Shown in pieces: positions 12,531-27,092 of a stretch of 64,000 nucleotides of DNA. Position 1 is the first letter of the stretch. Each line of letters begins with the position of its first letter. The notes beneath the pieces are model-generated. The model saw nothing but the letters and a program-made list of their open reading frames with translations, had not been told where the DNA came from and did not search any database. Origin of the DNA: Octopus vulgaris. Lineage: Eukaryota. The stretch lies in the NCBI GenBank assembly GCA_951406725.2, contig OX597816.1, positions 72,664,001-72,728,000 on the forward strand, given 5' to 3'. The position numbers and the translations under genes were made by a program.

Positions 12531-12697
12531 CGGAGATGTACTTGCATAGCAAGTGACCTGATCTGAGATCATGGGCTGGAACGAAAACAATTGCAGCATG
12601 GAAGGTGTTTCTACACCATTTAAGAAACACACAAAATCCGTTAGATTCACTTCAACATTTAAATGGCTTATAAACACCTTCCACGCTGCAATTGTTT
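12529..12697. repeat. (TA)n-flanked element with imperfect inverted repeat of about 39 bp
   Basis: aaacaattgcagcatggaaggtgttt (12585) pairs with aaacaccttccacgctgcaattgttt (ends 12697). Confidence 0.75.
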
Positions 12698-12709
12698 ATA
12701 TATATATAC

Positions 12710-12850
12710 ATATAATACTTTAAGAGAAATAGTATTAACAGTGACTCTGATATTTCGGCCAGCTAAGCCGTAATTAGACGGTCCGATGATGGCCTACCCG
12801 GCCGAAATTTTGTAGTCATAATCAATACTATTTTTGTTAAAGAATAATCT
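12710..12850. repeat. Imperfect inverted repeat with hammerhead-like remnant
   Basis: gaaatagtatt...atttcggcc pairs with ggccgaaatt...aatactattt; cCgatga-t-GGCC-taccc-GGCC-GAAA at 12783-12807. Confidence 0.55.
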
Positions 12851-12904
12851 AAATTTACATTAAAATTGCTTTTATTATAACTTAACGGAAAACAGACATT
12901 AATA

Positions 12905-12929
12905 AAACACACACGCACACACACACACA

Positions 12930-12964
<35 letters not shown>

Positions 12965-13063
12965 TCTCTCTCACTCACACACACGCACGCACAAACTCTC
13001 TCACTCACACACACGCACGCACAAACTCTCTCACTCACACACACTATCATACACACACACTCA

Positions 13064-13105
<42 letters not shown>

Positions 13106-13371
13106 TACTTCCTCTCTCTTTCACTCACACACACGTGCACACACACACACACACTCTCTCTCATTCACACACACACACACACACACACTCTCTCAATCTC
13201 ACTCACACACACGCACACACACACACACACTCTCTCACTCACACACACACACAAATACTTCCTCTCTCTTTCACTCACACACACGTGCACACACACACAC
13301 ACTCTCTCTCTCATTCACGCACACACTCTCTCAATCTCACTCACACACACGCACACAAACACACACACAGA

Positions 13372-13423
<52 letters not shown>

Positions 13424-13450
13424 CACTTACACACACACACACGCACACAT
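12905..13450. repeat. Compound (CA)n/(CT)n tract with internal duplication
   Basis: caaatacttcctctctctttcactcacacacacgtgc occurs twice (about 13102 and 13252). Confidence 0.9.
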
Positions 13451-14066
13451 TTTCGTAGTTGTTAAGAAATAACAAAATGCAACACGGATATGTCACAACA
13501 CACATAAACATGGATTCACATGCAACTAAAATTTCACGACGTCTCTTTCCTTTCTCTTCTCTTCTTCTTCTCCTAGCTGTTGCTGCTAACACAGCCACCA
13601 GGCGTCACTCTTGATCGATCAGATTCTATGATAAAAGAATCATTACAGAAAATGCATTATTTTTGTTTTTGTCCTGAGTATCTAAAACAAAATTATCCAA
13701 GGTGTCCTTGCCATCTTGAAGATGCTAAAGTATGATAATGAAGGAGATTTGGGTTGATAATTTTAGTAGTTTGAGCGGTAATACAACTTTAGAATAATAT
13801 ATTTAGGCTTTTCTTTGGGTGATTAGATCGAGTCTGTTACTTGATCGGTCTCGAAGGAATGGAAGATAAAGATGATTCCAGTAAGATTTAGAATCACAGC
13901 GAAAATAGATTTGGTGTTTTACGTTCTGGCATTATCCCAAATCTGTACCTTCGAACGTAGGTTCAGAAATTCATGTCTTAATTCATAAAGGAATGTCCTA
14001 TAAAATATATACGTATATATATATATATGACATTTTCTAATATGTATGTAGGAGTAAAATAAATAA

Positions 14067-14101
<35 letters not shown>

Positions 14102-14242
14102 CATACATATATATATATATAACACACACACACACATATATATACATATATGTATATATATATGTATATATATACATGTATATATATATACATATATACA
14201 TATGCATATAGATACATATACATGCATATACATATATACATA

Positions 14243-14278
<36 letters not shown>

Positions 14279-14858
14279 TATATACACATACATATATATA
14301 TATAATGTGCCGGTGAAGATCATATATATAAATATATATTTATATCATCTTCACCGACACATTCGCCGCTTCTAAGTTATTTTAGAATTTGTGTTTACAA
14401 TGTGCGTGTGGTGTGTGTGTGTAAAAGTTAAAACCAAATGGCAAATGTCCAGTAGAAATTCTTGACTCATTCGTATATCTGTACAACTGGCGCACGAAGT
14501 CTATTATGAACACCAATTCCATCATCTCACGAAAATCATATTATATCGCAGAGATATTTACTACGAACCACCGACATCCGGAGCTAAAGATTCTTATCTG
14601 GTCAACTGGCCGCTAGCTTTGCTGCTTTGTTGCGGCTGTGGATAATATATTCTGTCATACTTTTATGCATAAATGAGGATTCGTTAAATTTGAATCGTAG
14701 GTATCTTGAAGCAGGAATAACAAGAATTTCTCGCGAAAAGTGTTTTGCAGTACAAAACTTACCTAATCTTGCATCTCAAAAATTCGAACTGACAATTGTA
14801 GTTCAACCAAACAGCCAACCATTAAGGATGAAATATATGCATGCATACATACATACAT

Positions 14859-15568
14859 GAAGCAATTTTCAATGCCATCCGCAAAAAAGAATGTCCTGAA
14901 ATAAACTTAGAAAATCCCTATGCTATGGAATACATTCATAAACACCAACTCAAGGAATACTGGTGGAATATTCCCATCAACAATTCTGTCAAATGTAAAA
15001 ATAACCAGCCGGATATTGTTTGTTTGGGACAGAGGGGCAAAGGTATGTGCTTTCATAGGGGTCATCTGCCCTGCAGCTGTAAATACCGCTTTAAGAATCA
15101 AAGAAAAAGAGGATGTCCATGGCAACTGTTTCGAAACCTGCATCTTCTGAGTACCGGACTATGAATTCATATTCATACCAGTAATAATTGGAACACTAGG
15201 TTTTGTTAGTAAATGCTTAAAGGAGAATCTGGATAAACCGGGATTTTAAGAAAGAGAAATCGACTGCTAATTCGTACATTACAAGTGCAATCTGTGAGTG
15301 GAACGGTAAAAATATGCAAGACTTTTCTCAAGTTCCAAATGTGAATTTGTCTCTTAACTACATCCCAAAGATGGAGCCTTGTATCTTTATTGGAAACCGG
15401 CTCCCTCCTTCAGTGGAAAATTCATAACATTTAAAAAATAGAATAGATATACAAACAATCGTACATATTTGTTTGTGTTAACTACATTCCAAAGGTAGAG
15501 CCTTGTATCTTTTTTGGAAACTGGTTTCCTCCTCGGTGGAAGATTTATGATAATTAAGAAATAGAATT
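14859..15568 (+). mobile_element. R4/Dong-type non-LTR retrotransposon 3' fragment (restriction-like endonuclease), frameshifted
   Basis: EYWWNIPI...CKNNQPDIV / VWDRGAKVCAFIGVICP / FIPVIIGTLG...ICKTFLKFQM* (stop 15342-15344) fits the PD-(D/E)xK RLE C-terminus. Duplicated 3' UTR block; (CATA)n on both sides. Confidence 0.75.
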
Positions 15569-15832
15569 TACATACATACATACATACACAAATACCTACA
15601 TACATACACACATACACATACATACACACACACATACATACATACACACGCACGCATACATACATACATATACACACACGCACGCATACATACATACATA
15701 CATACATACATACATACATACATGCATGCATACATACATACATACACACATACACACATACATACACACACATACATACATACATACATGCATACACACA
15801 TACATACCTACATACATATATGCATACATACA
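15569..15832. repeat. (TACA)n/(CA)n microsatellite
   Basis: Direct reading. Confidence 0.95.
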
Positions 15833-16004
15833 TTTCGCCCGGCGTGCTAATGATTCTGCCAGCTCACCACATTTATTTAATAATAAAAAGAACAAGTTGA
15901 TATCCTTATGAAGGATAGGCTTTCCAGATTAAAACTTGAGGTACCATTATAATATAGACTGTGCACATTTTAATCAAGAAGGTGTTATACAAATATCGCC
16001 ACTA

Positions 16005-16740
16005 GCTTCGTCATCACCGACTACACCATTATTTACACTGTCATCATTCTCATCATCAACATCGTCATCACTATCACCGTCAACAGCACCACTACTTCAG
16101 TCGCCACCACCACCACCAACCATCGTCGTCATGATCCTCGCCATCTTCATCATCGTCGTCTTCATCATCATGGCCCATCATCGTCACCGTCATCACTATC
16201 CTCATCATCACCTGGGTCACGAGTCCACTGCCACTCACGCCCCTCCACCCACCACCCACCATTACCACCACCGTCGTCATCACCACCAACACAACCACTA
16301 CCACCATCAACTGCATGCCCACTACCACCAAGACTACCATTCTCACCACCATTTCTACCACCACCATCACCACCACCACTATCACCACCATTATCACCAC
16401 TATCATCATCGTCATCTTCATCACCATGGACATCATCCCTATCGCCATCATTATCCTCATCGCCTTTATCACCATCCCACCGCCACACCACGCCTCCCAC
16501 CTACCACGGCACCACCATCCCACCACTACCACCACCGACGTCGCCGCTGCCATCACCACCACCAACACAACCACTACCACCATCAACAGCATACAAGCAA
16601 GACTACCATTGCCACCACCACCACCACCGCCGCCGCCACTATCACCGCCGCCGCTACAATCACCACCACCGCCGCCGCCACCATCACCACCGCCGTCACC
16701 ACCACCGCCATCACTAGCAGCGCCACCCCTCCCCCCAAAC
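16005..16740. repeat. Degenerate (CAC/CAT)n trinucleotide region
   Basis: Low complexity with an internal duplicated block. Confidence 0.9.
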
Positions 16741-17192
16741 ATAGACCACAAAGCAGAGAAATACAAATAACTTCGACTGGAATAAATTAACTTTTCCTTT
16801 ACTATATTTTTTTGTCTTGCATTTGTCATGACAAACTTTAACAAATTGAAGTTTAAAACGCGAGTTTCCTAGAGGAATTAAAAGAAGACAAAAAAAAAAT
16901 GATGCCATCCTATGCAAGAAGGCATTAAGTATTCATGAACAACGACCAAAGATAGAACTGATCGTCTTCATTTTGTTTTGTTTCACATGTTTGTATGTAT
17001 GTGCATGTGTGTGTATGTGTGTGTATGCCTGTGTGTGTGTGAATGTGCATGTATATGTGTGTTTCTGTTAGCGTTTGAGAGTGAAGATGTGACAACCGTG
17101 AGAGGCAGAGAAGTGTATGTGTGTGTGTCTGAATGTATGTGTGCGTGTTTGTGTGTGTGTCTGTGTGTGTGTCTGTGTGTGTGAGAGAGAGG

Positions 17193-17246
<54 letters not shown>

Positions 17247-17357
17247 AAGACAGAGATTACAAGAGCAATCATTTGATTCATGGAAGTTAGTATTGATGGT
17301 TTGTACTGATTTTGGTGAAGGTGGTGGTGGTGGTGGTGGTTGTGGCGGTGGTGGCAG

Positions 17358-17530
17358 TGGCGTATTTCGTCCGTCTTCACGTTCTGAGTTCAAATTCTGC
17401 CGAGGTCGACTTTGCCTTTCATCCTTCCGGGGTCGATAAATTAAGTACCAGTTGCGTACTGGGGTTGAACTAAACGACTGACCACACTCCCCTAAAATTT
17501 CGGGCCTTATGCTTCGAGCAGACAAGGAAT
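17358..17530 (+). mobile_element. SINE family A, 5'-truncated
   Basis: cgtatttcgtccgtcttcacgttctgagttcaaattctgccgaggtcgactttgcc. Confidence 0.9.
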
Positions 17531-17551
17531 ACATATCGTTGCTATTACGAT

Positions 17552-17901
17552 AAACTGCCGTACGTCCAAATTTCGCTAAAAGCGTTTTTTCCAATATTTA
17601 ATTTCGCTTGCAATAACCGGTTCTTTTAGTCAAACTATCGTATCTCCAGCTACTTCAGATAAAAATTGTCAAAGTTTAGTACAACGTTTTAGCATTTTCC
17701 ATAATGTAGTAAGCCCCACATACGACAGTTTTGCAAAAATATGTCTGACTGAAAATATCATACATGCAAGGAGTTACGATTTTATGCACTCAAAAAATCA
17801 TTTTGGCGGAGCTGAAACTGTTTCTAATGTAAAAAGAAAAGGAATGGTGAAACTATTTTTTGGTTTTCTGAAAAAGCAACATTTTGGACTTACGACACTT
17901 T
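17552..17901. mobile_element. MITE-like element with about 20-bp imperfect terminal inverted repeats
   Basis: aaactgccgtacgtccaaat versus reverse complement of the right end, aaagtgtcgtaagtccaaaat. Confidence 0.6.
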
Positions 17902-18334
17902 TGCATAATAGCAACGATGTAGAAATTATAATTGTGCTTTTAAACAAAGAAAAGGGAGATGATGGACGCTGAGTATATTATGCTTACGTCAAAATAATAA
18001 AGATCACCTATTTTTCTGTCTGTTTTCATTATATATGTAAAATGGTACCATGAGCGTTTCGAAACGCGGAGTAGACGAAACAGGAACAACTGAAGAAGGG
18101 GAATATTCCTTGTGTTGTATGTCTTGTACTCTGTTTTTTCGTTGTTTGAAAAAAAAGTCCGTTTCCATGTTTTTGTTTTTATGTTTTCGTTTCTCATTGT
18201 GTTCAACGTTTTTTTTTGTGTGTCCTGTACCCATATATGCATGTATATATACATATAGATGTAGGTATGCACATATATGTATGTATATATGCATATGTTT
18301 ATATATTATTTTGTTATTATATAGGTAAATATCT

Positions 18335-18578
18335 ATGTGTGTGTCTTTGTCTCTGTGTCTGCAGCTCAATCCGCACCACCGCTTGACAATCGGTGTTGGT
18401 GTGTTTGCGACTCCGAAACCTAGCGGTTCGGCAAAAGTGACCAATAGAACAAGTACTAGACTTAAAAAAAAACAAGCCCTGGGGTTGATTTGTTCGACTA
18501 GGAAACCCTGCAAGGCAGTGCTCCAACATGGTCGCAGTCAAATGACTGAAACAAGTAAATGAATAAAAGAATTAAAAG
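18335..18578 (+). mobile_element. SINE family B 3' half
   Basis: Ends gtgctccaacatggtcgcagtcaaatgactgaaacaagtaaa. Confidence 0.9.
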
Positions 18579-18597
18579 ACTAGATAGATAGATAGAT

Positions 18598-18677
<80 letters not shown>

Positions 18678-19011
18678 TGTTTCTTTATTAGCCACACAGG
18701 GCTGCACACAGACAGGACAAATTACAAGGTAGAGCTTTTCTTTTGGGGGTAAAAAAAGGGGGTTTGGTTTTTTCGATCAAAAGGGATCGTAAAAGGAAAG
18801 AAAACGGACAAAAGGAGGGGGGGGGAATAAATTTAAAAAAAAGGGGGGAAAAGGAAGGGAAAAAAAAGGGAAAGGAAAAAATTGATCAATAAGGATCGTT
18901 ATCACAGAAATGTCAATATAAAGTGTAAAGGGGAGGACAGGTGAGGTTTACCCGTGGAAAGAAAAGCTTACGGAAAAGAAAACGGTAATCTCGGTCAATG
19001 AAGTCACATGC

Positions 19012-19045
<34 letters not shown>

Positions 19046-21442
19046 GCAAATAAGCAACTCTCTGTATTAATTTTTACGGTTCATAGGATCATAGTCAAGG
19101 TGGCTTCGTCATTCATACGTGTCATCCTTGCTACATTCACCCATCTTTTTTTAAAACATTCACTAGACAAAACTTGCCTCTCTACTCTCACTTTCCTCTT
19201 CAAGTGATACTTGAAGAAGTTGATGAAGATTGACCAGAGAGGAAAGTGTTTGTCTCTAATCCTTTCAGGCGCGTCCACCAGATACATTCTTTCGCCATAG
19301 CCACAAGTATGATAAAAATAGCTATTCCTTCCCGTTTGAAGGAAGGAGGCGTGACAATATTAACGATAGACTCGGCTGATAAACCGACACGTCCCACAGG
19401 TGACAGCAGTCGTCCGTCATAAGCCCACAGGTCGGAGATTGTTGGACACTGCACGATTGCGTGCAGAACGGTTTCGTCGCTCTGCCCGCATCTCGGGCAG
19501 GTCGGCCCCGTGTTTCTCGAGCCATGCCTATAGAGCTTATCCCGAACGGGTAGCGCTTCTCGGTAGCACCGCCAGGCCGGGGATCTCTGGAAGTTGTCCA
19601 TAGGTCCCGGCCCGAAAGTCGTTTCAAACAGGCGGGTCAGGTATTCCTCGTCGACGCCCAGGTTTGCATCAAGATCGTCGTCGTACCTCCCCTCCACTAA
19701 TCCCCATATAGAATGCTTTGGTTGTGTTGAAGTCACTCAAGGTCCCCCCGAGACGGCAGAGTTGCTTGGGAGCAACGCGACACTCGCGGTGCCATTCGCC
19801 CTTCCTCGGCCTCTTTTTGATCCACGACTGCAGTTCGGTCATGGAGACGAGCTGCGGGAACGCGTGCCTCAAACGGCGACCACACCTGTTCACCGTCGTC
19901 TACATAGAGCCGGAGATGTCGCAGACTCAGCGCGTGTCTGCGCATCATCAACCACGGCATGCCCAGCCCTCCTTTTAACGGGTGTTGACAGCAAATGGAT
20001 CGCCTGACCATCGGGACGCATCCTTTCCACAAGAAGCGGAAGAGAATGCGTTCTAGTTTGGTACGACGGTAACGACGGTCAGGCGGTAGTAGATGATGGA
20101 CGCGATGTACGTGTTCGCCACCTCCGCCCGACCTTTTAGGGACAGTTTCCTCTCGTCCCATTGCCGGGCGAGAGTGACTACCCTACTCGTTATCTCGTTC
20201 CAGTTCTTCTCCATTTAGAAGTCCGGACCGAAACAGACCCCGAGCAACTCAACCGGGCCGTCCGTCCAGCGTCCCACGACGGAGGTACTGGTGGACGGCA
20301 TGGGCTTGCTTCTCCAGATGCCGAGCCGCAAGCCCACTGACTTTTCCCGGTTGATTTTTGCTCCTGTCACCGCTTCGTAGTCTTTCAGTGTCTATCGCCG
20401 ACGAGCTCGATATGCTCGTGGCTTGACACTATGACGGTGACGTCGTCCGCGTATGCAGACACGCTTGTCCCGCATCCCAATTCTCCCGGGATGCCCCTCA
20501 GAGTCGCCAGCTTCCGCAGTAGTGGCTCGAGAGTCAATACGTATAGAAGCGACGAGAGGGGGCATCCCTGACGGACCGAACGTGCAATGTCGAAAGGTCT
20601 CGATAGATGTCCATTTACGCGAACTACCGAACGGATGCCTCTGTACAAGACAGCCATCCAGCCGCGGAAGACGGGACCGAAACCAGCCGCTCTCAGGACT
20701 GCCTCCAAGTATCGATGGTCTACCCTATCGAAGGCTTTCGATTGATCCAAATTGATCAGGGCCCCACCCATGCCAGGTTCGTTAACTACTCTGTCTATGA
20801 TGTAACGCATCAGATGGAGGTTATCATGGATGCTCCGGCCCGGCACGGCACACGTTTGTGCGTTGTCGACCAGTTTCTCAATGACAAGCGCCAACCCCTT
20901 GGCTAACACCTTGGTCAAAATTTTCAGGTCTGCATTGAGCAGGGTGATTGGTCTAAAGTTATCTATAATGTCCCCCTTGTTTGGATCTTTCTTCAGCAGC
21001 GTTACGGCTCCTCGACTCACAAAACCGGGTATGCTCCCGTTTTGCTGCCAGTTGCAGTATACCGCTGCCAAGACGTCTCCAAACAAGTCTGGCATTCAAT
21101 TGTAAAACTGGTAGGGCAGACCATCCAAACCCGGCGATTTGTCTCTGGAGCATTCTGCCATTGCGTTCCGCACATCCGCCGCCGTGATGGCACCCTCGCA
21201 GCACTCTGCCTCTCTTGCCGAGAGTCGTGGTAGGCTGTGCAGGTAGGCACTGAAGTCCACCCTGCGTTCACGCTCGCCACTCGTCCCGTACAGTCGGGCA
21301 AAGTGCCGCTGAAATGCCTCGCACATCTTGCTGGGCTCGAGCAATTCGCGCCCTTGTTCATCTACCAGAGACCGAATGGTGGCTTTGTTGCCCTGCTGCG
21401 CCTCCGCCACCCGGGCCTCCCTCGCGGCTCCAATACCTTCCC
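18678..21442 (-). mobile_element. 5'-truncated Tx1/L1-clade LINE (ORF2 RT, C-terminal zinc motif, 3' UTR) within (GATA)n
   Basis: [71 protein letters not shown]; several frameshifts; AATAAA at the 3' end; (GATA)n on both flanks. Confidence 0.92.
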
Positions 21443-21517
<75 letters not shown>

Positions 21518-21869
21518 TCACTTCGTGCACATTGCATTTGAATAAGAGCTATTTGTAGTTTTATGCCTTGGAGACACGATAATTCAGGAGGTTCATAGAA
21601 GGCGCATTATGCCACTAACCAATCATTCAAACTTAGGCTCTACTTGAATCCTGTGACATTGAATGATATTTATCTCTCACTGGATACAATACATACTTTC
21701 TTGTTGATTACACCTCTAACGGAACAGTAGTCTATGTACTGTATTATATATATGCATGTATTTTGTACAGTGCGCTTACGATTTTTGCCAGCTCGTCGCC
21801 TTAAGAAATCTATATGTAATAGCATGTAAATACTGCGTTAGAAAACCTCGATGATAGTAAAACTCGAAG

Positions 21870-21915
21870 GTTTCCCGTAGGACTCGAACCAACATCTCCT
21901 CTAGATATGCCAGTC
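21870..21915 (-). mobile_element. tRNA-derived head fragment (B-box)
   Basis: Minus strand ggttcgagtcctacggga; no full cloverleaf. Confidence 0.4.
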
Positions 21916-22241
21916 GTTCTTCCGAAGTATCTATATGTGTTTGTGAGTGGGGAAACAAAGATGAATAACATAGATCCGAGAGCCCTGGGCTACGCAAATA
22001 TCAAGCATTGATAACATTTATTTTGTTACTCACGAACGTATGAATAATTTAAATAATTTAAATGAAATAATGAGACATAGGATTGGGTGAATCGTAATTT
22101 TGCTTCTCTTCAATGTAGAAGGAAACAAACAAAAAAAAAACAAAAAACTATACTATTCACAGATTTAAACTAAGGGAGAGATACTAACCTACGAATGTAT
22201 GGAATTAATTGAAATTATGTATGTAGGAAGATGTATGTATG

Positions 22242-22307
<66 letters not shown>

Positions 22308-22508
22308 CACATGCATACATCTTGCTACATACATATATATATATATATTTCGCGGTATCAATGAAAATTTCTATACATGTATGTATATATATAATGCAAA
22401 TATGACAATGTATATCTGTGCGTATATTTATTATGTATGACGATGTCATAGATTCATTCTAGTGTGTGAAAGACTATGAATTCCGTTCAAGCGTACGTAT
22501 ACGTAAAT

Positions 22509-22541
<33 letters not shown>

Positions 22542-22730
22542 TATATGTATGGTGAGAGGGAAACAGACAAGGCCACGTGCACATTGTATAATGATATATA
22601 TATATATATATATATATAGATACACACACACGCACACACAATTATAAAGTATTATATCTATTGCATATATATGAATTATATGAAGATGTAATCTATTATA
22701 TGCTTATATATGTGTACATTTTTGTATATG

Positions 22731-22768
<38 letters not shown>

Positions 22769-22938
22769 GTGTGTGTATGTGTTTATATATACGGACACAC
22801 ACACACACACATATATATATACATATTATTGATGTTGTTTATTATTATTATTATTATTCAATGAAATCATTCCCATACATTAGGAAAAAATGTAATAAAG
22901 TAATGAACAGATAAAGGAAAATAAGTAGCTAAAGGCCT

Positions 22939-23962
<1,024 letters not shown>

Positions 23963-25946
23963 TACTTTGATACTTTGATACTTTGATAGGTTTCGGCCAT
24001 TATTGGCCCAGGCCATGTCTAACTTAATAGCACCACCTGGTGAAGTCTTTCAAGTCAGAATTTGGGCACTATGGCCCACTCAAGTAGAGAGTTATTGTTT
24101 ACAGAGACATATCCGGGTGTAGGGGGTTTATCCGGGATTTCTTGAAGGAATCTGTCGAAAGACTTCTTGAACCCTATAGGGTCAGTTTCTGTTTTAATGT
24201 GTTTTGGTGTAATGTTAAAGAGAGCGGGGCCAATTGAGGTGAAATAATTGTGCCGTATTGTTGTTATGAGATGAGAGTGCGATTTTTGTTTTGGGCGGAT
24301 GGCACGGGGCCCAAGCCTTGGATGTACCTTAAAGGTGATGCCAACATCATTTGGGCAATGCTGATGGAATATTTTCCACATCATGAGGATGATGTAGCGC
24401 TCACGACGACGTTGGAGAGAATAGAGTTTTAGCTTTTCTAGTCGACCCCAATAGTCGAGGCCTGTCATGCCATCTATCTTTTTTGTGATTGCCCTTTGAG
24501 GTGCTTCGACTTTTATGATACCTTGTATTGTGTGGGGAGACCACAGTGGACAACAGTATTCAAGGTGGGGTTGGGCAAAAGTGGAGAAGAGAAGGATAAT
24601 GGTGTGGATATCTCTCGACTGGAAAGTTCTGAGAATCCAGGAACACATTCTGCGGGCCATGTCAACTTTGGTGTTTATATGAGTGGCCCAGCTTACGTTG
24701 TTGTCCACAATTACTCCCAAGTCTCTGATGTTGTTGGACGCCGCGAGAGTTTCACCTGAAGGAAGGGAGTATGGGAGTTTCAGGGCATCCTCTTTTCCAA
24801 AGTGGATTAGCTCAAATTTATCCTCGTTCAGCAGCATATTGTTTTTTTCTGCCCATTGGATAACAGCCAGTAGATCTGACTGAAGGCATGTCCGGTCACT
24901 CGCCTCATTTATGACCTTCTGTAGCTTGGAGTCATCTGCAAAGATTTTTATGTTGCTGTGCTTGATGATGTCATTAATGTCATTAATGTAAATGATGAAA
25001 AGAAGTGGGCCCAGCACAGTGCCTTGCGGAACGCCACTACTGACTTTGGCTGGGCTTGATTTTACCCCTTCAACTACAACATGTTGAGATCTGTCTGTCA
25101 GGAAACACTTAATCCATTTCAGTAACTTTCCAGAGACACCAATGTTGGATAGTTTTTTCAATAGGATCTTGTGATCGACCCTGTCGAAGGCCTTACTGAA
25201 ATCAAGGTAGATGACATCGGTGTTGGAGCCCTCTCCCAAAGCTCTCAAAATGTCCTCAAAGTGATGCAGGAGCTGCGTTAGGCAGTCCCTTCCATTACGG
25301 AACCCATGTTGGTTGGAGATCAGCCGTCTGTTGCTTTCCAGAAATTGGGTTATTTGAGATCTCACCACCCTCTCAAATACCTTGATGATATGAGAGGTGA
25401 GTGAGATCGGACGGTAATTCACTGCAAGGGACTTGTTTCCCTTTTTGAAAACTGGGACAACAGACTGGGACAGAAGGTTTTTTGGAATATAGCCAGCATC
25501 CAGTGAGTTTCTCCACAGATTAGCAAGGGGAGATGCAAGTTGGTGTCGACACACCTTCAGGACACAAGCAGGGAACCTATCGGGGCCTACTGCTGAATTG
25601 TGTTTTATTTCGTTTATCGCCGCTAAGACATCAGGGGCACTAAACGTTATGTCCGATATAGTGTGTTGGGGGTTGACATCACTGATACAGCCCAGATCGG
25701 CCATATCAGGATTGCTGAAAACAGAGCAGTATTGTTTCTGCAGTATCTCGGCCATGGATTTGGCATTATCTTGGAGAGTGCCAGTTTCGTCAATTAGAGG
25801 GCCTACAGTGGAGACAGTGACCCTGCGTTTCCTCGCAAATGAAAAGAACACTTTGGGGTTGAGTTTGATTTTTTCAATGGCCCACTTCTCCTCAGCTGAT
25901 CTTTGGTTATTGATGAGGGACTTCATGCATTGATGAGGGACTTCAT
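23963..25946 (-). mobile_element. 5'-truncated CR1-group LINE with uninterrupted RT frame and (TCAAAGTA)3 tail
   Basis: Short 3' UTR with a GGCC hairpin plus GAAAC, tandem 8-mer tail, TA-rich microsatellite on both flanks. Confidence 0.92.
24055..25946 (-). CDS. LINE ORF2 reverse transcriptase, partial (no endonuclease, no genuine start)
   Basis: About 630 stop-free codons: [60 protein letters not shown]. The N-terminus in the ORF track is microsatellite. Confidence 0.9.
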
Positions 25947-26647
25947 ACATATATATATATATATACATATATATACACACATATATACATATGTATATAT
26001 ACACATATATATACATACATATATATACATATGTATACATACATATCTATATATATACATACATACATATATATACATACATATATACATACATACATAC
26101 ATATATATACATACATATATACATACATATGTATATACATACATATATACATACATATACATATATACACACACACACAGACACACCTATTTGAATTAGT
26201 TGTTAAATACGTCATTTTTCCAATATACAAAAGAAAATTCGATAGTAATGAATAAACATAAATACATCGTATATCTTCGCATATTCCACGATGTTCGTTT
26301 TATCTCCCTGATGATTCTGCGCGAATTTAATTCTTTCTTATTTCAATATACATGTATGTATGCGTGCATGCATATATGGATGTATGTATGTACGCATGAA
26401 TGTGTGTGTGTGTGTGTATGCATGTATAAAATGGCGTATATATGAACAAACACACAAACATACATGTGCCTGTATGTATCTTGGGTATATCGTATGATAT
26501 TCTAATCCATGCAACATTGTAGGTTTTGGCTATATCAAGAAATTTGAAGAATTTATGTAAATATGCATGCAGGTTCACATTTAAATATGCCATACTGCTA
26601 CATGTAGATATTATATTCCGTATCTATTCATATTTCTTCTAATTCAA

Positions 26648-26768
26648 GGGGCGAGCTGGCAGAAACGTTAGCACGCTGGGCGAAATGCGTAGCCGTATTT
26701 CGTCTGCCGTTACGTTCTAAGTTCAAATTCCGCCGAGGTCGACTTTGCCTTTCATCCTTTCGGGGTTG
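26648..26768 (+). mobile_element. SINE family A head and central domain
   Basis: ggcgagctggcagaaacgttagcacg (A-box-like) ... gttcaaattcc (B-box-like). Confidence 0.9.
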
Positions 26769-26837
26769 AATATAATGCGTACAAAAACGTATGCAATAGG
26801 TGTACGTACGTACGTGTATGTGTGTGTGTTTTTCCCA

Positions 26838-26839
<2 letters not shown>

Positions 26840-26912
<73 letters not shown>

Positions 26913-27040
26913 ATATAAACCAAATTCAACGGATTTCGCCCAAATTTGACGTCGATGTTACTTAGTTTGGTTTGAAATATAAAACTTGATTAGCTTAATA
27001 ATCCAAACTTAATCCCCGACAAAGCCAGGTTATACTGCTA

Positions 27041-27041
<1 letters not shown>
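26840..27041 (+). mobile_element. Short Helitron-like element
   Basis: TC start in (TCTA)n; 3' imperfect hairpin ccccgacaaagccagg, then CTAG followed by T. Confidence 0.5.

Positions 27042-27092
<51 letters not shown>

Noticed and set aside
14304-14363. Hairpin aatgtgccggtgaagat/atcttcaccgacacatt as a pre-miRNA
   Set aside because: The loop is a TA microsatellite and I recognise no known mature sequence; more likely a local inversion.
15936-16844. His-, Pro- or Gly-rich protein ORFs
   Set aside because: Degenerate CAC/CAT trinucleotide repeat that is open in several frames on both strands.
25947-26040. N-terminal start of the 661-aa RT ORF
   Set aside because: It lies in the flanking microsatellite; the element is 5'-truncated and not autonomous.
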